Shown piece after piece: positions 1-11,229 of a stretch of DNA of 64,000 nucleotides. The DNA is from Candidatus Hydrogenedens sp. (GTDB taxonomy: Bacteria; Hydrogenedentota; Hydrogenedentia; Hydrogenedentales; Hydrogenedentaceae), in contig JBMFRC010000001.1 of NCBI GenBank assembly GCA_049968235.1, positions 32,001-96,000 on the forward strand. Direction: 5' to 3'. A model generated the notes under the pieces. It made no database searches, was not told the DNA's origin, and saw nothing but the letters and a program-made list of their open reading frames with translations. A program made the translations under genes and the position numbers. The first letter of the stretch is position 1; each line of letters starts with the position of its first letter.

Positions 1-1848
1 TGCCTTTTTCACTTTTTCTATTGCTTCTCCGGGCAACATGGGATTATCTTTATTATCCACACCTGCATAATACATACTGCCCGTATAATCTAATAGAATA
101 ATCATATTCCCTTTGATATTTTCCGGTCCAGTAAGGAAATAATTTGTTTCCCTTAAATCTAAGGGAACGCTGTCTTCGGATATGGTAAGACTAATTTTGG
201 AACGGTCTACAGGTGTAATTGTTGGGATGGCTCGTGAAGATGAATCACGTAATAAGAATACATATCGCATTACATAAGGCGGTCTACTACGATTCAAGGC
301 TCCTTCGATTCGCAAGGGTTGTTTTTCGACACGCACTTTTATGGTTTTGGATTCAACACCATTTAATGGAGTTGCTTCATTAGGGAATATAATAGGATTA
401 CGGTCCATTGCTTCTATTGTTATTGTGCGATATTCTATATCTTCTTGAAGATTATCCCGATTAATGGTAACTAAAATTTGCACACCGTCAATTAATAGAT
501 TTAATTCGCTGGGATGATAGAAATCTTCAGGATTACCATCTTCACCATTGGCTCCTCCGACAACAGGTCGAACATCGGCAATTACAGGATTGGCTTTTCC
601 TTCATCTTCATGCGTAATACGGAAATACAATTTTGAATCTCGTGGTCCAACATTAGCAATCCAAAATTCCTTTTGAACATCTTCCTGTCCAAAATCCAAT
701 ACATCCAAAGGGATTATTTCCGGACGTGCAGTTGTTTCCTGAGGTGGCTCCGAAATGGCTATTTCGGGGAGGCTTATCTGTTCAATTTTAATTGGGATAA
801 TTAACAAACAACTTCGTGTATCTATAATAATGGAATATTGTCCTGCTCCCAAAGTAATCTCTTTGGGCTTGGTAACAGTTACAGAAATCTCGACTTTGTC
901 ATTTGGATTTACTATTCCTGCAGAAGGAGTAGCGGAAATACTATTGATAGCGATACCTGTAGGTCCGACTACCTGAAGATTCCATTGGGCTTGTGTGCTA
1001 CTGCTGTTTGTTAATGTCAGTTTGGACACGGGTAAATTCGTTGTGGTACTGTCGGATGTCAATGATTCTTTTGTTACAGACAGAACCAATTGGGCAGGTT
1101 CTGCAGTAAAACTAGTTTCAGGACATATCTTTGCAAAACGAAATTCAACCAATTGAATACCTAAGGAGGATTCAAAAAACAAACCAAAATCTGTCGACAC
1201 AGTTTCATCCCAACGGACTGTAACAGGGGTACTCCCTCCTGCGGGTAAAGTCCCTAAATTAGGAGATACAGAAATATCTGCGGGAATATTGGTTCGCACG
1301 GAAGAATTATTTAAATCAGGGACATATTTAACTGACCAGTTAAAACTCTCAGTACCTACATTTTGAACGGTTACAGTAGTTTCAGTTACATCTGGACGGA
1401 TAGTAAATACCTGAGGGGTTACAGATAAAGCACTGCTAACTTCCATCGAAACAGTTACAACCTGAGTTTTTCCCGAGACACGAAACTGAAGCCCTACATC
1501 TTTATATTCACCGGAAGATAAACCGTTTCTTGAGACTTTTGCATGAATTAACTGAGATGTAGATGTTTGCCCGGATGTTGGTTCCGCAGTTAACCACGGG
1601 ATATCTTGTTCTACCCATTGTTTTTGACTTGCATTCCAGACGACTTCAGTTAAAGACCATTTTATACCCAAACTACTTAATGACCTTATATACAAGGATT
1701 TTTCGATTGCTTTATCTCCAAAGGACAAAGCCTGTGGAGACACTTCAAATCCTGTTGTAAATGGACAACCACTTGCAAGAACAAGGATGAATATTAGCAA
1801 TCCGAGATGAAGTAAAAAAGTAATAGATGGATATTTCCGTTTATTCAT
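1..1848 (-). CDS. Large surface lipoprotein with Ig-like beta-repeats and a VWA (MIDAS DxTGS) domain; C-terminal part lies beyond the window start
   Basis: ATG at 1848-1846 on the minus strand (MNKRKYPSITFLLHLGLLIFILVLASGC... lipobox). The frame stays open to coordinate 1. Spot translations match (…TSQLIHAKVSRNGLSSGEYK…, …VDNKDNPMLPGEAIEKVKKA at the window edge). The 'MIILLDYTGSMYYAG' motif looks VWA-like. Not in the ORF track because the stop is outside the window. Confidence 0.6.
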   Translation of the reverse strand, partial: MNKRKYPSITFLLHLGLLIFILVLASGCPFTTGFEVSPQALSFGDKAIEKSLYIRSLSSLGIKWSLTEVVWNASQKQWVEQDIPWLTAEPTSGQTSTSQLIHAKVSRNGLSSGEYKDVGLQFRVSGKTQVVTVSMEVSSALSVTPQVFTIRPDVTETTVTVQNVGTESFNWSVKYVPDLNNSSVRTNIPADISVSPNLGTLPAGGSTPVTVRWDETVSTDFGLFFESSLGIQLVEFRFAKICPETSFTAEPAQLVLSVTKESLTSDSTTTNLPVSKLTLTNSSSTQAQWNLQVVGPTGIAINSISATPSAGIVNPNDKVEISVTVTKPKEITLGAGQYSIIIDTRSCLLIIPIKIEQISLPEIAISEPPQETTARPEIIPLDVLDFGQEDVQKEFWIANVGPRDSKLYFRITHEDEGKANPVIADVRPVVGGANGEDGNPEDFYHPSELNLLIDGVQILVTINRDNLQEDIEYRTITIEAMDRNPIIFPNEATPLNGVESKTIKVRVEKQPLRIEGALNRSRPPYVMRYVFLLRDSSSRAIPTITPVDRSKISLTISEDSVPLDLRETNYFLTGPENIKGNMIILLDYTGSMYYAGVDNKDNPMLPGEAIEKVKKA

Positions 1849-1912
1849 AGGGGCTCCTTCCAAATTATTGCCCTTCTATATTCAATTTGATACATATATA
1901 AAACAAATGATT

Positions 1913-2512
1913 TTATTGTTTTGTTTTTTCAGCAAAGACCACATTAACCCCTGCATTTACAAGCGTTTGATAAACTGGTTCAAAATCCTTATAAAAACTA
2001 CCATCATCTTTTACTGTCCATTCAGGACTTAATGTTACGGTATCACCGGGACCCAAACCGCCGGCATTCACATTGGCTATTAATGGTGTCCAATCTCGAA
2101 TATCATTGTCCGGACCGGATATATCCAGATATTCCAGATATTGCATTCCTGCAATAGGTGTTATGTCTGTAATATAATTATTCCCTAAATCCAACCAGAC
2201 CAAATTTTTTAAATCGCGTAAAGGGGAGATGCTTATAATATTATTATCTCTTAAGTCTAATTTAACCAGAGAGGTGCAATACTCAAGCCCTCGTAAATCT
2301 GTAATACCCATACCCCGGGCTGTTAATTCCGTTATAGAATCCAATTCACCCGTACAGAGAATAAAGAAGGGTTTACCGATTGCACTACGAATGGCAGTTT
2401 CCAATGCCCTATCCGGGAACATAATTGATGAGCCCTGTAAGAAACAACACCCCGAAATTGAACTTATCAGGACACAAATACCTATTAAGTTGAATATTAT
2501 TTTCATTCTCAT
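1913..2512 (-). CDS. Leucine-rich-repeat lipoprotein (internalin-like LRR)
   Basis: Signal/lipobox MRMKIIFNLIGICVLISSISGCC. Tandem LRRs: LVKLDLRDNNIISISPLRDLKNLVWLDLGNNYITDITPIAGMQYLEYLDIS. Confidence 0.6.
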   Translation of the reverse strand: MRMKIIFNLIGICVLISSISGCCFLQGSSIMFPDRALETAIRSAIGKPFFILCTGELDSITELTARGMGITDLRGLEYCTSLVKLDLRDNNIISISPLRDLKNLVWLDLGNNYITDITPIAGMQYLEYLDISGPDNDIRDWTPLIANVNAGGLGPGDTVTLSPEWTVKDDGSFYKDFEPVYQTLVNAGVNVVFAEKTKQ

Positions 2513-3091
2513 AGTTTAAACCTCTCACATATAAAGGGTTTTTGTAATGTAAAAATGTTTATATTTACATTTAAGTGTTACTACCTGTGTTTGTGGTATT
2601 AATATGGCATTTATCTTCGATAAACAGGAAAAATGGGCTTTCTCCACCCATGAATGTTAAAAGTTTATTAATTAAGAAAGCAATAAAACATAAATCATCT
2701 GACCAACTCGCATACACTGGATGCTTGCTTGAAATCATTCGCACATGTTTCACCGTAGTTTCTCCTTTATTAAATTGTTTCATTATATTAAAATCTTAAT
2801 ATTTAATATACAATCATACATTACAGTTTATCACAAATCACACCATTTGTCAATAATTTCTTGGAAAATTTTACAAAACACAAACTTTTTATAATTCTAC
2901 ATCACTTCATCCCAATAATGTCAAGAATTTTTTGAAAAAAAATAATTATTTTCTAATAATATTACACGGGGATTTCAAAAATTACCACAATATTTATTTC
3001 GAACACTTTTAATCAAAAAATTAAAGAAATAAAAATTGTTATTTTATTTTGATATTGAAATAGATATGATGTTCAAAGAAGGAATCTTTTG

Positions 3092-3679
3092 TTATTTTTC
3101 TTTTCTTTTTATCATTGAGGTTTTTCTACAGCGGTTCATCCGATTTTGCCAATCACCTGTCCAACCTTCCTCGATGGCTTGCTGACATAAAGAGATACAT
3201 TCTTCATATTGTCCCTGTCGTTCTCGGATATCCGACAAGGTATCATATCCCAAATGTGCCGGTAGAGGTATGCCGGGCATTGTTTGTTGGATATGTTCTT
3301 TTACTTCTTTTGACAAATCTATTTGTTTTTTTGAGGTAATTATTAGCAGTGCTGTCTTCGTATCGTTATCTTTTATATCTTCTTCAATATATCTGGATAT
3401 TAATTCTTCCAAAGCATAAAAACAGTCCAGGACATCTTCTACTTCCATTTCTTCGAGGTCTTTTTCCATCTTTTTTAACAATGAGTCTGATTGTTCTAAA
3501 TCAGGACGATATGCCAGTTTACTTTTGTTAACAACGATATCTTCATTTTTCTCTACAGGCTCAATAATTGTTACCATAAAAAGACGCTGGCAGTTAGGGC
3601 ATAAAACTTTTTGCCCTATGATTGATGTCGGTAATAAAACCTCTTTAGAACAATAGGGACAGGTAACGATAAATTTCAT
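3092..3679 (-). CDS. Zinc-ribbon domain protein (CxxC…CxxC), hypothetical
   Basis: N-terminus MKFIVTCPYCSKEVLLPTSIIGQKVLCPNCQRLF. The start codon overlaps the addA stop (ATGA at 3676-3679), which suggests translational coupling. Confidence 0.5.
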   Translation of the reverse strand: MKFIVTCPYCSKEVLLPTSIIGQKVLCPNCQRLFMVTIIEPVEKNEDIVVNKSKLAYRPDLEQSDSLLKKMEKDLEEMEVEDVLDCFYALEELISRYIEEDIKDNDTKTALLIITSKKQIDLSKEVKEHIQQTMPGIPLPAHLGYDTLSDIRERQGQYEECISLCQQAIEEGWTGDWQNRMNRCRKTSMIKRKEK

Positions 3680-6600
3680 TTCTCATAGCCCTGATTTATC
3701 TTTGTTATATATTTTTCAATGGCATGATGTATTTCTGTCTCTAAAACATCACGGACAGAAACCTCTATATCTTTTATATCATATTTTAATTGGTCAATGT
3801 ATACTATAATTAATTTATTATTGACTTTTATTCCCAGATCTTTCATTGCATAATAATAAATCTCTAATTGTTTCCAGTATCGTTGAGCATGATTATCAGC
3901 ATGGGTTCCTGTCTTATAATCAATAATAGTTCCATCGGCAAGTATTGCATCTACAGTTCCTTGAACAAAATAACCTCCTGTTTTCCAGATAAAAGGGGTT
4001 TCCCGCCAGATAGGCGGATTTGCTTTTAAGATAGGATATATAGGATTGTTTATTATTTTACTAAAACACACATCTTTTTCGTTTTTGATTATATCTTCTA
4101 AAATATCCGGGCTAATTATATTCAGAATATATTTTGATAATTGCTCTATGTTTTCTTCGTAAAAATCCCATAGTTGCAATAACTGATGGTAAAATATACC
4201 GCGTTCGGCATGCTCCATACCTAACGATTGTTCATATATTTCATCATTATCTTCATCATAAATATCATCAAAAAGGAAATTCAGTATTTGTGTTACTGAA
4301 ATAGGTTCTGTTTTAAAATGTTGGGGTGTAATCGATATAGGTGGAACTAAATTATATTGCAAAGACTTTATTTCTCTTTTTAAATCTTTTTTCTTAGGCG
4401 AATAATTACTTTCTTCCCTTTCTATAATATAATACAAACCTGTATCCTTTTTTTTATTAAGGGGAAAGCAACTTGCCAGTAATGATAGGCGGGAATTTAT
4501 TTTTTGTTTTTTATAAAATTCTTCGAGATATTTTTTATTTGAAGATAGGATTAAGTAATCGCGGGCACGAGTTAAAGCCACATAAAATAAACGGATATAT
4601 TCCTGATACTCATCATAGGTATTTTGTAACTTTATAATAGTCTCCACAATATTATTTTTTTCATCTTCTTTTTTCTTTGTTTTAATAATTACGCCCATTT
4701 CTTTATGATAATGAACGGCGGTTGATTTTCTGTGTTGCCTTTCTTCGTAGAGCAAAGGCAAAACAACGATGGGATATTCCAGACCTTTTGCCTGATGTAT
4801 TGTGGTTAGAATAACAGCATCTCCTGCTTCTGTTGCAAGGTCTGCCTCTCCTTCCATTATTTTATCGCGGGAGCGTTCTACAAACCTATGGAACTGGTAT
4901 AAACTTACGGGATTGCTTTCTTGATAAGCACGGGCTAATGCTAAAAATTTTTGGAGGTTAGCAATTCGCTGTTCTCCAAACCAATGCCCTAACAAAATGG
5001 ATTCGTAACCTGTTTGAAGAACAATTTCTTGAATAAGTTCGTGGATGGGAAGATGCGTTTTTTTCCGGAAATATTGATATAAGTAACGAACTCTTACATA
5101 AGCACTGTCTTGTGTCAGAGCATCCGGAATATTATTCGTATTTAATAACATATTTCGAAGAGGTAAGTTCATCTGCCAGCGAGTAATCTGTTCATCGGAA
5201 AGTCCGCAGAAAGGTCCCCGTAAGAAAGAAAGCAGGGCTATATCATGATATGGATTTATTAATACCTGAAGGAAATTTAATATGTCTTTTATTTCTGTAA
5301 TTTCAAAAAATCCCCGACTGCTAACGACAAAACAGGGTATGCCTCTGTCTTTTAACGCCTTTTCATATTTATAAATGTAATTTTTCGTGCAAAATAATAA
5401 AGCGAAATCACCATAACATACAGGGCGTAATTTATGCGTCTTTTCATCTACAATCATTAAAGGGTTTTCGTTATGAACTAAGGATTGAATACGCTCTGCA
5501 ATAATTTTAGCCTCAATATCAACATCATCTTCTTTTAATGTTCTTTTATCATCTTCCGAATGGACAGAAAGTAAAAATTCCACACGAGGTTTAGCATAAG
5601 AACTTCGATGTGCTTGCATGGGGATATATGTTTTTTCAACCGCAGACAGGGAATTTGTTTTCTGGAAAAAGGTATTGACAAAATCTAATACTTCCGGAGC
5701 AGACCTAAAATTGTAGTTCAGTGAAAATAGATTATTATCGACAACTGATTGTCGCTGTTCTTGAAAAACTTTTACTTCTGCATTTCGAAATGCATAAATG
5801 GATTGCTTTGCATCACCTACGAAGAAAAAGGAGAGATTGGGATTTGCCGATAACAACAATTGAATTAATTGCACCTGTGTATGGTCTGTATCCTGAAATT
5901 CGTCAATGAAAATATACTTTATTCCCTCAGCAATTTCTTTACATACTTGTGTATGTCTATTCAATAAATCATAGGTTAAATGTATCAAATCATCAAAGTC
6001 CACCACACCTTGCTGGCGTTTATATTGAACCCATTGACGATAGAACTGGTCAAATAAACGAAGTATTCTATATGTAAAAGTCAACGCTTTTTGTGTGGTT
6101 TCATCTTCCGCTTTTAAGTCAACAATCTCTATTCCTATTGTTTTTTTTATATCCTCACGAATTTTCTTTAATTGTTCCTGCAATTCACCACATATATTTC
6201 TATTCTTTATTATCAATCTTGTTTTATTTCCCAATATTGCTTCTTTAATTTGAATAATATGTTCCCGTTGTTTCGCAGTTTGCAATTTTCTCAATTCTGA
6301 GATATAAAAACTACTGAGAGTCTTCATGTTTTTTTCGTCTTCCGGAATTTCTTTATACAATTCCTCTAATTGTGTTATCCATCCATTTACCGTTGTTGAT
6401 TTCACAAAATTTAACAAATATTGCTCATATTTTTCATTTATTCGTTCAATATTTCTATTGATAGATTCTTCAATAGAACATTGATTTACTTCATCCAGCC
6501 ATGGAAGGATATGTAGGGAATTTTGAAAAAGTATTTCTATAATTTTTTGAAAATTTTGTGGTGAAAGTTCTATAACTAGTTCCGGAACTTCCGTATAATT

Positions 6601-7095
6601 TTCTACCCACAAATTCATCTGACTTTGAATAAACCTATCGAGGAATAGTGGGCTTTGAAGTTCGTCCAGAATACGAAATTCCGGGTCGAAATCTAATTTC
6701 AGGGCATATTGCCGAAGTATACCGGCGCAGAAAGCGTGTATGGTGCATATTCGTGCAGATTCTAATTGTTGTTCGCACCACCTCCATTGGTCTAACTCTT
6801 CCGGTGTTGCATTACGGACATATTCATGGAAAGCATCACGCAGGCGTTGTCTCATTTCTGCAGAAGATTTTTCAGTAAATGTAATTGCTACAATTTCATT
6901 TAAATTGGCTTTTCTCTCTTCTAACAATCGTAATATTCTGGCTATTAAAACACGGGTTTTTCCGGAACCAGCAGAAGCATCAACACCTATTTTTAGTGCA
7001 TCAGAATAGATAGCCTTTTTTTGTTCCGCTGTTAATTCTGTAAAGTAACTATGCTGTTTTAGCTTCGCCACTTTCCTCATCTTCCGATATTCCAC
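3676..7095 (-). CDS. addA: ATP-dependent helicase/nuclease subunit A (AddA/RexA; UvrD-family helicase plus C-terminal PD-(D/E)XK nuclease)
   Basis: Walker A 'DASAGSGKTRVLIARIL' and UvrD-like helicase motifs. C-terminal nuclease motif '…DAILADGTIIDYKTGT…'. 1139 aa, immediately downstream of addB. Confidence 0.85.
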   Translation of the reverse strand: MEYRKMRKVAKLKQHSYFTELTAEQKKAIYSDALKIGVDASAGSGKTRVLIARILRLLEERKANLNEIVAITFTEKSSAEMRQRLRDAFHEYVRNATPEELDQWRWCEQQLESARICTIHAFCAGILRQYALKLDFDPEFRILDELQSPLFLDRFIQSQMNLWVENYTEVPELVIELSPQNFQKIIEILFQNSLHILPWLDEVNQCSIEESINRNIERINEKYEQYLLNFVKSTTVNGWITQLEELYKEIPEDEKNMKTLSSFYISELRKLQTAKQREHIIQIKEAILGNKTRLIIKNRNICGELQEQLKKIREDIKKTIGIEIVDLKAEDETTQKALTFTYRILRLFDQFYRQWVQYKRQQGVVDFDDLIHLTYDLLNRHTQVCKEIAEGIKYIFIDEFQDTDHTQVQLIQLLLSANPNLSFFFVGDAKQSIYAFRNAEVKVFQEQRQSVVDNNLFSLNYNFRSAPEVLDFVNTFFQKTNSLSAVEKTYIPMQAHRSSYAKPRVEFLLSVHSEDDKRTLKEDDVDIEAKIIAERIQSLVHNENPLMIVDEKTHKLRPVCYGDFALLFCTKNYIYKYEKALKDRGIPCFVVSSRGFFEITEIKDILNFLQVLINPYHDIALLSFLRGPFCGLSDEQITRWQMNLPLRNMLLNTNNIPDALTQDSAYVRVRYLYQYFRKKTHLPIHELIQEIVLQTGYESILLGHWFGEQRIANLQKFLALARAYQESNPVSLYQFHRFVERSRDKIMEGEADLATEAGDAVILTTIHQAKGLEYPIVVLPLLYEERQHRKSTAVHYHKEMGVIIKTKKKEDEKNNIVETIIKLQNTYDEYQEYIRLFYVALTRARDYLILSSNKKYLEEFYKKQKINSRLSLLASCFPLNKKKDTGLYYIIEREESNYSPKKKDLKREIKSLQYNLVPPISITPQHFKTEPISVTQILNFLFDDIYDEDNDEIYEQSLGMEHAERGIFYHQLLQLWDFYEENIEQLSKYILNIISPDILEDIIKNEKDVCFSKIINNPIYPILKANPPIWRETPFIWKTGGYFVQGTVDAILADGTIIDYKTGTHADNHAQRYWKQLEIYYYAMKDLGIKVNNKLIIVYIDQLKYDIKDIEVSVRDVLETEIHHAIEKYITKINQGYEK

Positions 7096-10000
7096 TTTGT
7101 TCTACTTTCATGTATCGGCATGCAGTCTTGCAGAAGCAATAATCACATGATTGCTTTTTGTAAGGGGCAGGGGTAAATTTTCCTTGATGTATATTCCCAA
7201 TAGTATCTAATATAATTTTTACTGCTATATTCTCTATTTCATTTCGCAAATTTTTATCCACTCCCCAGGGTGTACCTGTTTTTTTCTGTTCTGTTATTGA
7301 TAGAAAATAGGACTCCTCAACGGATAGACCTTCTTTTTGAAATAAATGTCTTTCGACAGCAAGTTCGTAAATAATCAGTTGAAAAGAGCAAAATCTTTCC
7401 TGCACATTATTAAATTTTATGCCCATATCCGTTTTTGTAGGGGTATTCCCCCATTTGTAGTCGATGACTCGTAATAATGGGTTACTTACATGTTTATCAA
7501 TACGGTCAATCCGACCGGAAAACAAAACAGATTTCTTTTGTGTCTCCATACAATAAGGTTTATGTTGACTTCTTTCATCTTCCGATGGATACATGGTTCT
7601 GCCAAAAGCAAGTTCAAAATATGCAGGTTTCCAATCATTATCAATCAAAGAGGCAGATGAGTTGAGAAATTCGGCAAGCACATGGGTAAGCCATTCTATT
7701 GTTAAATCAATCCATTTTTTCGGTAAAACAAACGACTTTCGGTCTTTAGAAACAATCTCTTGTATTATCTGTTGTAGTTTTTCCTTTATTACCTGGCTTT
7801 TATCCCTTAACAGTTCTTCGTAATGGTCTTTTAATAATCGAAAAAGAGTATCATGTGCCCAGGAACCAATCATCAAAGGAGAAGGGTAGATAAGTTCTTC
7901 CTCCCAATCCTGTAAGGCTAATACCCTATGTGTCCAGAAACGGAAAGGGCACTCTATATACTCTTCAATCTGGTCAACACTGTAAACATGGTCATGCCCA
8001 AACTTATTTGTAAGCCATTGTCGTATATCCTCTGCATGTAAATTCCCCGTATATATATTTTCATTCTCCTCTTCTCGTTTTTGTAATGAATACCAGCAGT
8101 TATAAATATCTGCATAGTGGTGTTTTAATACTTGTTCATCTTCCTGAATGTAGAAAAGCAGATTCCGTAATTCAGATGGGGAACAGGGAATAAACGGTTT
8201 TTTTTCTATTTCCTCCTGTTTTTGTGGGCTATTATGCACAATGTATTGACATACCTCCTGACACTCGCGTAATAACAAACTGGAAGAACATTCCCTATGT
8301 GTTTCGGAATATAAAGCGTGGGAAAGGAAGACCCCTTTTCGGGTAGTTTCAAAGATTTGTTGGAAGAACAACCATTCCCTCTGTATTTGTTTTGTAATAT
8401 CATCGATGGGTAGCCCTGATTGTCGCAGTTTCGTAATATCTTTATCGGAATATAAAACATTCTGTGTGGGTGTTAAAGGAATCGTTCCTTCTTCAACTCC
8501 ACCTACAAAAAGATAATCATATTCCATATTTCGTATCATAGGCAGGTCTAAACACATCACACCACAATTATGTCCCATATCAAAAAAAGATGCATCCGAC
8601 GATAAAGAGCGAATAAGCCTTTGAAATTCTTCCAGTGAAAGTTCCTGATTTTTAAGATAATCAGGAAGTTTTTTTATGACTGAAAGGAATTGTAAATAAC
8701 CTTTTTTCTCTTTTTGCAATTTCCTTTTATTGTCCTCATTTAATAAACAATCCTTCAACGCATTTTCCAATGAATGGAAAAGGTCAAGAAGAATAAAAAT
8801 GTAGTTTGATATTTTGTCCTGCCTTTTAAATTTATTCCGCCAGAAAAGCCATCGCTTTAGTTCATCATAGAATTGTTGAATATCTACCTTAGAAATATTT
8901 TTGTTCTCTATCTCACTAGAATATTCAATGAAATGTTCTTTCTCCTCTATTTTTTTATTAACATAGTCAAGAGACATACTCATCGAAAGCCCTACTTGCG
9001 ACAATAGCAAAAAGAATTTTTCACGAATGGATGGAGATATATTCCAGAGCGGGTCATGCAATAGTAAAGTTATCGCAGAGAGAGAATTTTCGTTAAGTTG
9101 TGCAAACCATCGTTCTAAAAATTGACCGACCCATGTTTCTCTTAAACCCTGTGACGATAGTATCCGATAAGGAATACCATAATCCATAAATGTCTTCTCG
9201 ATAAGTGGGCGGACTTTACCTAACTGGCGGTAAACAACGGCTATTTTGTGTAGTGGGACATGTTCCTGAACTAATAATTGTTTTATTTTACGTCCGATAT
9301 TTTTTATCTCCTCTTCCCTATTAATAAATCGTTCTACCTTAATTATTGAATCAGTAGAAGGGGTAAATGTTTTAGGCTCATCGCGACCAAAAAGAGTATC
9401 CGCAATAAATTCAATAGAGGTTTGAGGTATGGGTGTTTCAAAATAAATTGTCTTTGCATCTAATATAGATTGAACCCTTTTTAAGGCATCTTTCGCCAGA
9501 CGATAAATATCCTGTCTGCCGGGTATCGGGTCGAGATTAATGCCGATAATGATGTGTTTGAAGTGGGGAGATAACGCATGGATAAGTCGCAGTTCCGATT
9601 GGGTAAAATCGTCAAAGCCATCAAATATTAAATATTCCTTTCCCGCAATATAATCCGGTTTCCCTTTATGGCATTCCAGTTCTGCCTGCCAAAATAATCC
9701 TGGAACATCATACCCATTACTTTGCATTAGTTTTTCCTGATAGGTTGTATATACCCACGATACCACTTCATCCCAGGGTTCTACGGATAATTTTTTTATT
9801 TGTTCTTGAAATGCCTCTGGCGTAATTCCTGCCTGTTTTAAGTTCCGTATGATACGATGGAAAGAATCGGATAAGTTGTCAGGGGCAAGCAATCCCTGAT
9901 ACTGCTCGAACTTTTTTCGTCCCTCTTCCGATAAAATAATAGACCTTATTAATAGTGTCTGTTCCCATTCTTCAAGCAAATGGATGGGAATATACTGGGC

Positions 10001-10219
10001 TTTGAGTAAATTATAGGCAAATTGAGTAAAGTCGGTAACAATATTTTTTTCTATGGTAGGTTTTGCAATATCATTTAAAAGTTCTATACGCCTTTTCTGA
10101 GCATATTGTCGCGTAGGGACAATGAGTAAAGCAGATATATAATTTTCTCGTAGAATTTTCTGAGTTTGATTCTTACGGTCAGAGCGTTGACTTCCACATA
10201 ATATTAAGTTTCGTGTCAT
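7049..10219 (-). CDS. addB: ATP-dependent helicase/nuclease subunit B (AddB/RexB) with Fe-S cluster cysteines
   Basis: 1056 aa. C-terminal '…RIDRIDKHVSNPLLRVIDYKWGN…' nuclease motif and 'QSCDYCFCKTACRY' cysteine cluster typical of AddB. Overlaps addA by 47 nt. Ends in TAG. Confidence 0.8.
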   Translation of the reverse strand: MTRNLILCGSQRSDRKNQTQKILRENYISALLIVPTRQYAQKRRIELLNDIAKPTIEKNIVTDFTQFAYNLLKAQYIPIHLLEEWEQTLLIRSIILSEEGRKKFEQYQGLLAPDNLSDSFHRIIRNLKQAGITPEAFQEQIKKLSVEPWDEVVSWVYTTYQEKLMQSNGYDVPGLFWQAELECHKGKPDYIAGKEYLIFDGFDDFTQSELRLIHALSPHFKHIIIGINLDPIPGRQDIYRLAKDALKRVQSILDAKTIYFETPIPQTSIEFIADTLFGRDEPKTFTPSTDSIIKVERFINREEEIKNIGRKIKQLLVQEHVPLHKIAVVYRQLGKVRPLIEKTFMDYGIPYRILSSQGLRETWVGQFLERWFAQLNENSLSAITLLLHDPLWNISPSIREKFFLLLSQVGLSMSMSLDYVNKKIEEKEHFIEYSSEIENKNISKVDIQQFYDELKRWLFWRNKFKRQDKISNYIFILLDLFHSLENALKDCLLNEDNKRKLQKEKKGYLQFLSVIKKLPDYLKNQELSLEEFQRLIRSLSSDASFFDMGHNCGVMCLDLPMIRNMEYDYLFVGGVEEGTIPLTPTQNVLYSDKDITKLRQSGLPIDDITKQIQREWLFFQQIFETTRKGVFLSHALYSETHRECSSSLLLRECQEVCQYIVHNSPQKQEEIEKKPFIPCSPSELRNLLFYIQEDEQVLKHHYADIYNCWYSLQKREEENENIYTGNLHAEDIRQWLTNKFGHDHVYSVDQIEEYIECPFRFWTHRVLALQDWEEELIYPSPLMIGSWAHDTLFRLLKDHYEELLRDKSQVIKEKLQQIIQEIVSKDRKSFVLPKKWIDLTIEWLTHVLAEFLNSSASLIDNDWKPAYFELAFGRTMYPSEDERSQHKPYCMETQKKSVLFSGRIDRIDKHVSNPLLRVIDYKWGNTPTKTDMGIKFNNVQERFCSFQLIIYELAVERHLFQKEGLSVEESYFLSITEQKKTGTPWGVDKNLRNEIENIAVKIILDTIGNIHQGKFTPAPYKKQSCDYCFCKTACRYMKVEQSGISEDEESGEAKTA

Positions 10220-10245
10220 AATACCCCGTCTCTAATTAATTGGAG

Positions 10246-11190
10246 TTATAGAATCCCTTTAAAGTATTCAATCGTATATTTCAACCCTTCCTTAAGCGGA
10301 ATTTTTGGTTCCCAGTTCAGTTTTTCTTTCGCAAGAGAAATATCTGGTTTTCTTCGACAGGGGTCGTTTTCGGGTAGGGGTTTAAAAATAATTTCCGAAG
10401 ACGAACCTGTCATCTCACAAACTAATTTTGCCAATTCCAGAATAGTAAATTCTCCGGGATTCCCTAAATTTACAGGACCGGTAAACCCTTCACAATCCAT
10501 CATCCGAAGGATACCTTCAATTACATCGCTAATGTAACAAAAAGAGCGTGTTTGAGAACCATCTCCGAAGACAGTTATGGGTTCGTTTCGCAATGCCTGC
10601 ACAATAAAATTACTGACCACCCTTCCATCATTAATCAACATGCGAGGACCGTATGTATTAAAGATTCGTATTACACGAATGTCCACTCCATTTTGACGAT
10701 GATAATCAAAAAACAAAGCCTCCGCCACACGTTTGCCCTCATCATAACAACTACGTTTGCCAATAGGGTTCACATTGCCCCAATAGGTCTCAGGCTGAGG
10801 ATGCACAGTAGGGTCTCCGTAAACTTCTGATGTACTGGCTTGTAAAACGCGCGCCTTCACCCGTTTTGCCATACCCAATACATTTAACGCTCCCATAACA
10901 TTGGTTTTAATCGTTTTTACTGCATTGAATTGATAATGAACTGGTGAAGCCGGACACGCTAAATTAAATATTCGGTCTACTTCAAGAAGGATGGGTTCGG
11001 TTATATCATGGCGAATAATTTCAAATTGTGGATGCCCTATTATGTGCTGAATATTTTGTTTCCTACCTGTAAAAAAATTATCCAGGCAAATAACTTCCTC
11101 CCCGCGTCGCAATAAAGCCTCACACAAATGTGAACCGATAAAACCTGCCCCACCTGTAACTAAATTTACTCGTCTCATATCTTGCTCCAA
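10246..11190 (-). CDS. UDP-glucuronate decarboxylase / NAD-dependent sugar epimerase-dehydratase (UXS-like SDR)
   Basis: [37 protein letters not shown]… The Rossmann GxxGxxG and extended SDR fold are typical of UDP-xylose synthase. Confidence 0.8.
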   Translation of the reverse strand: MEQDMRRVNLVTGGAGFIGSHLCEALLRRGEEVICLDNFFTGRKQNIQHIIGHPQFEIIRHDITEPILLEVDRIFNLACPASPVHYQFNAVKTIKTNVMGALNVLGMAKRVKARVLQASTSEVYGDPTVHPQPETYWGNVNPIGKRSCYDEGKRVAEALFFDYHRQNGVDIRVIRIFNTYGPRMLINDGRVVSNFIVQALRNEPITVFGDGSQTRSFCYISDVIEGILRMMDCEGFTGPVNLGNPGEFTILELAKLVCEMTGSSSEIIFKPLPENDPCRRKPDISLAKEKLNWEPKIPLKEGLKYTIEYFKGIL

Positions 11191-11229
11191 ACAAGTCTGT
11201 TCTTTACTATTATATGATTTTTTCCCCGA

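Noticed and set aside
5721-10830. Numerous 60-110-aa ORFs antisense to or nested inside addA, addB, UXS, ppdK, mrp and the 1633-aa gene
   Set aside because: They sit inside long, well-supported genes on the opposite strand or in other frames. They have no start-site signals and are typical spurious ORFs in AT-rich DNA.
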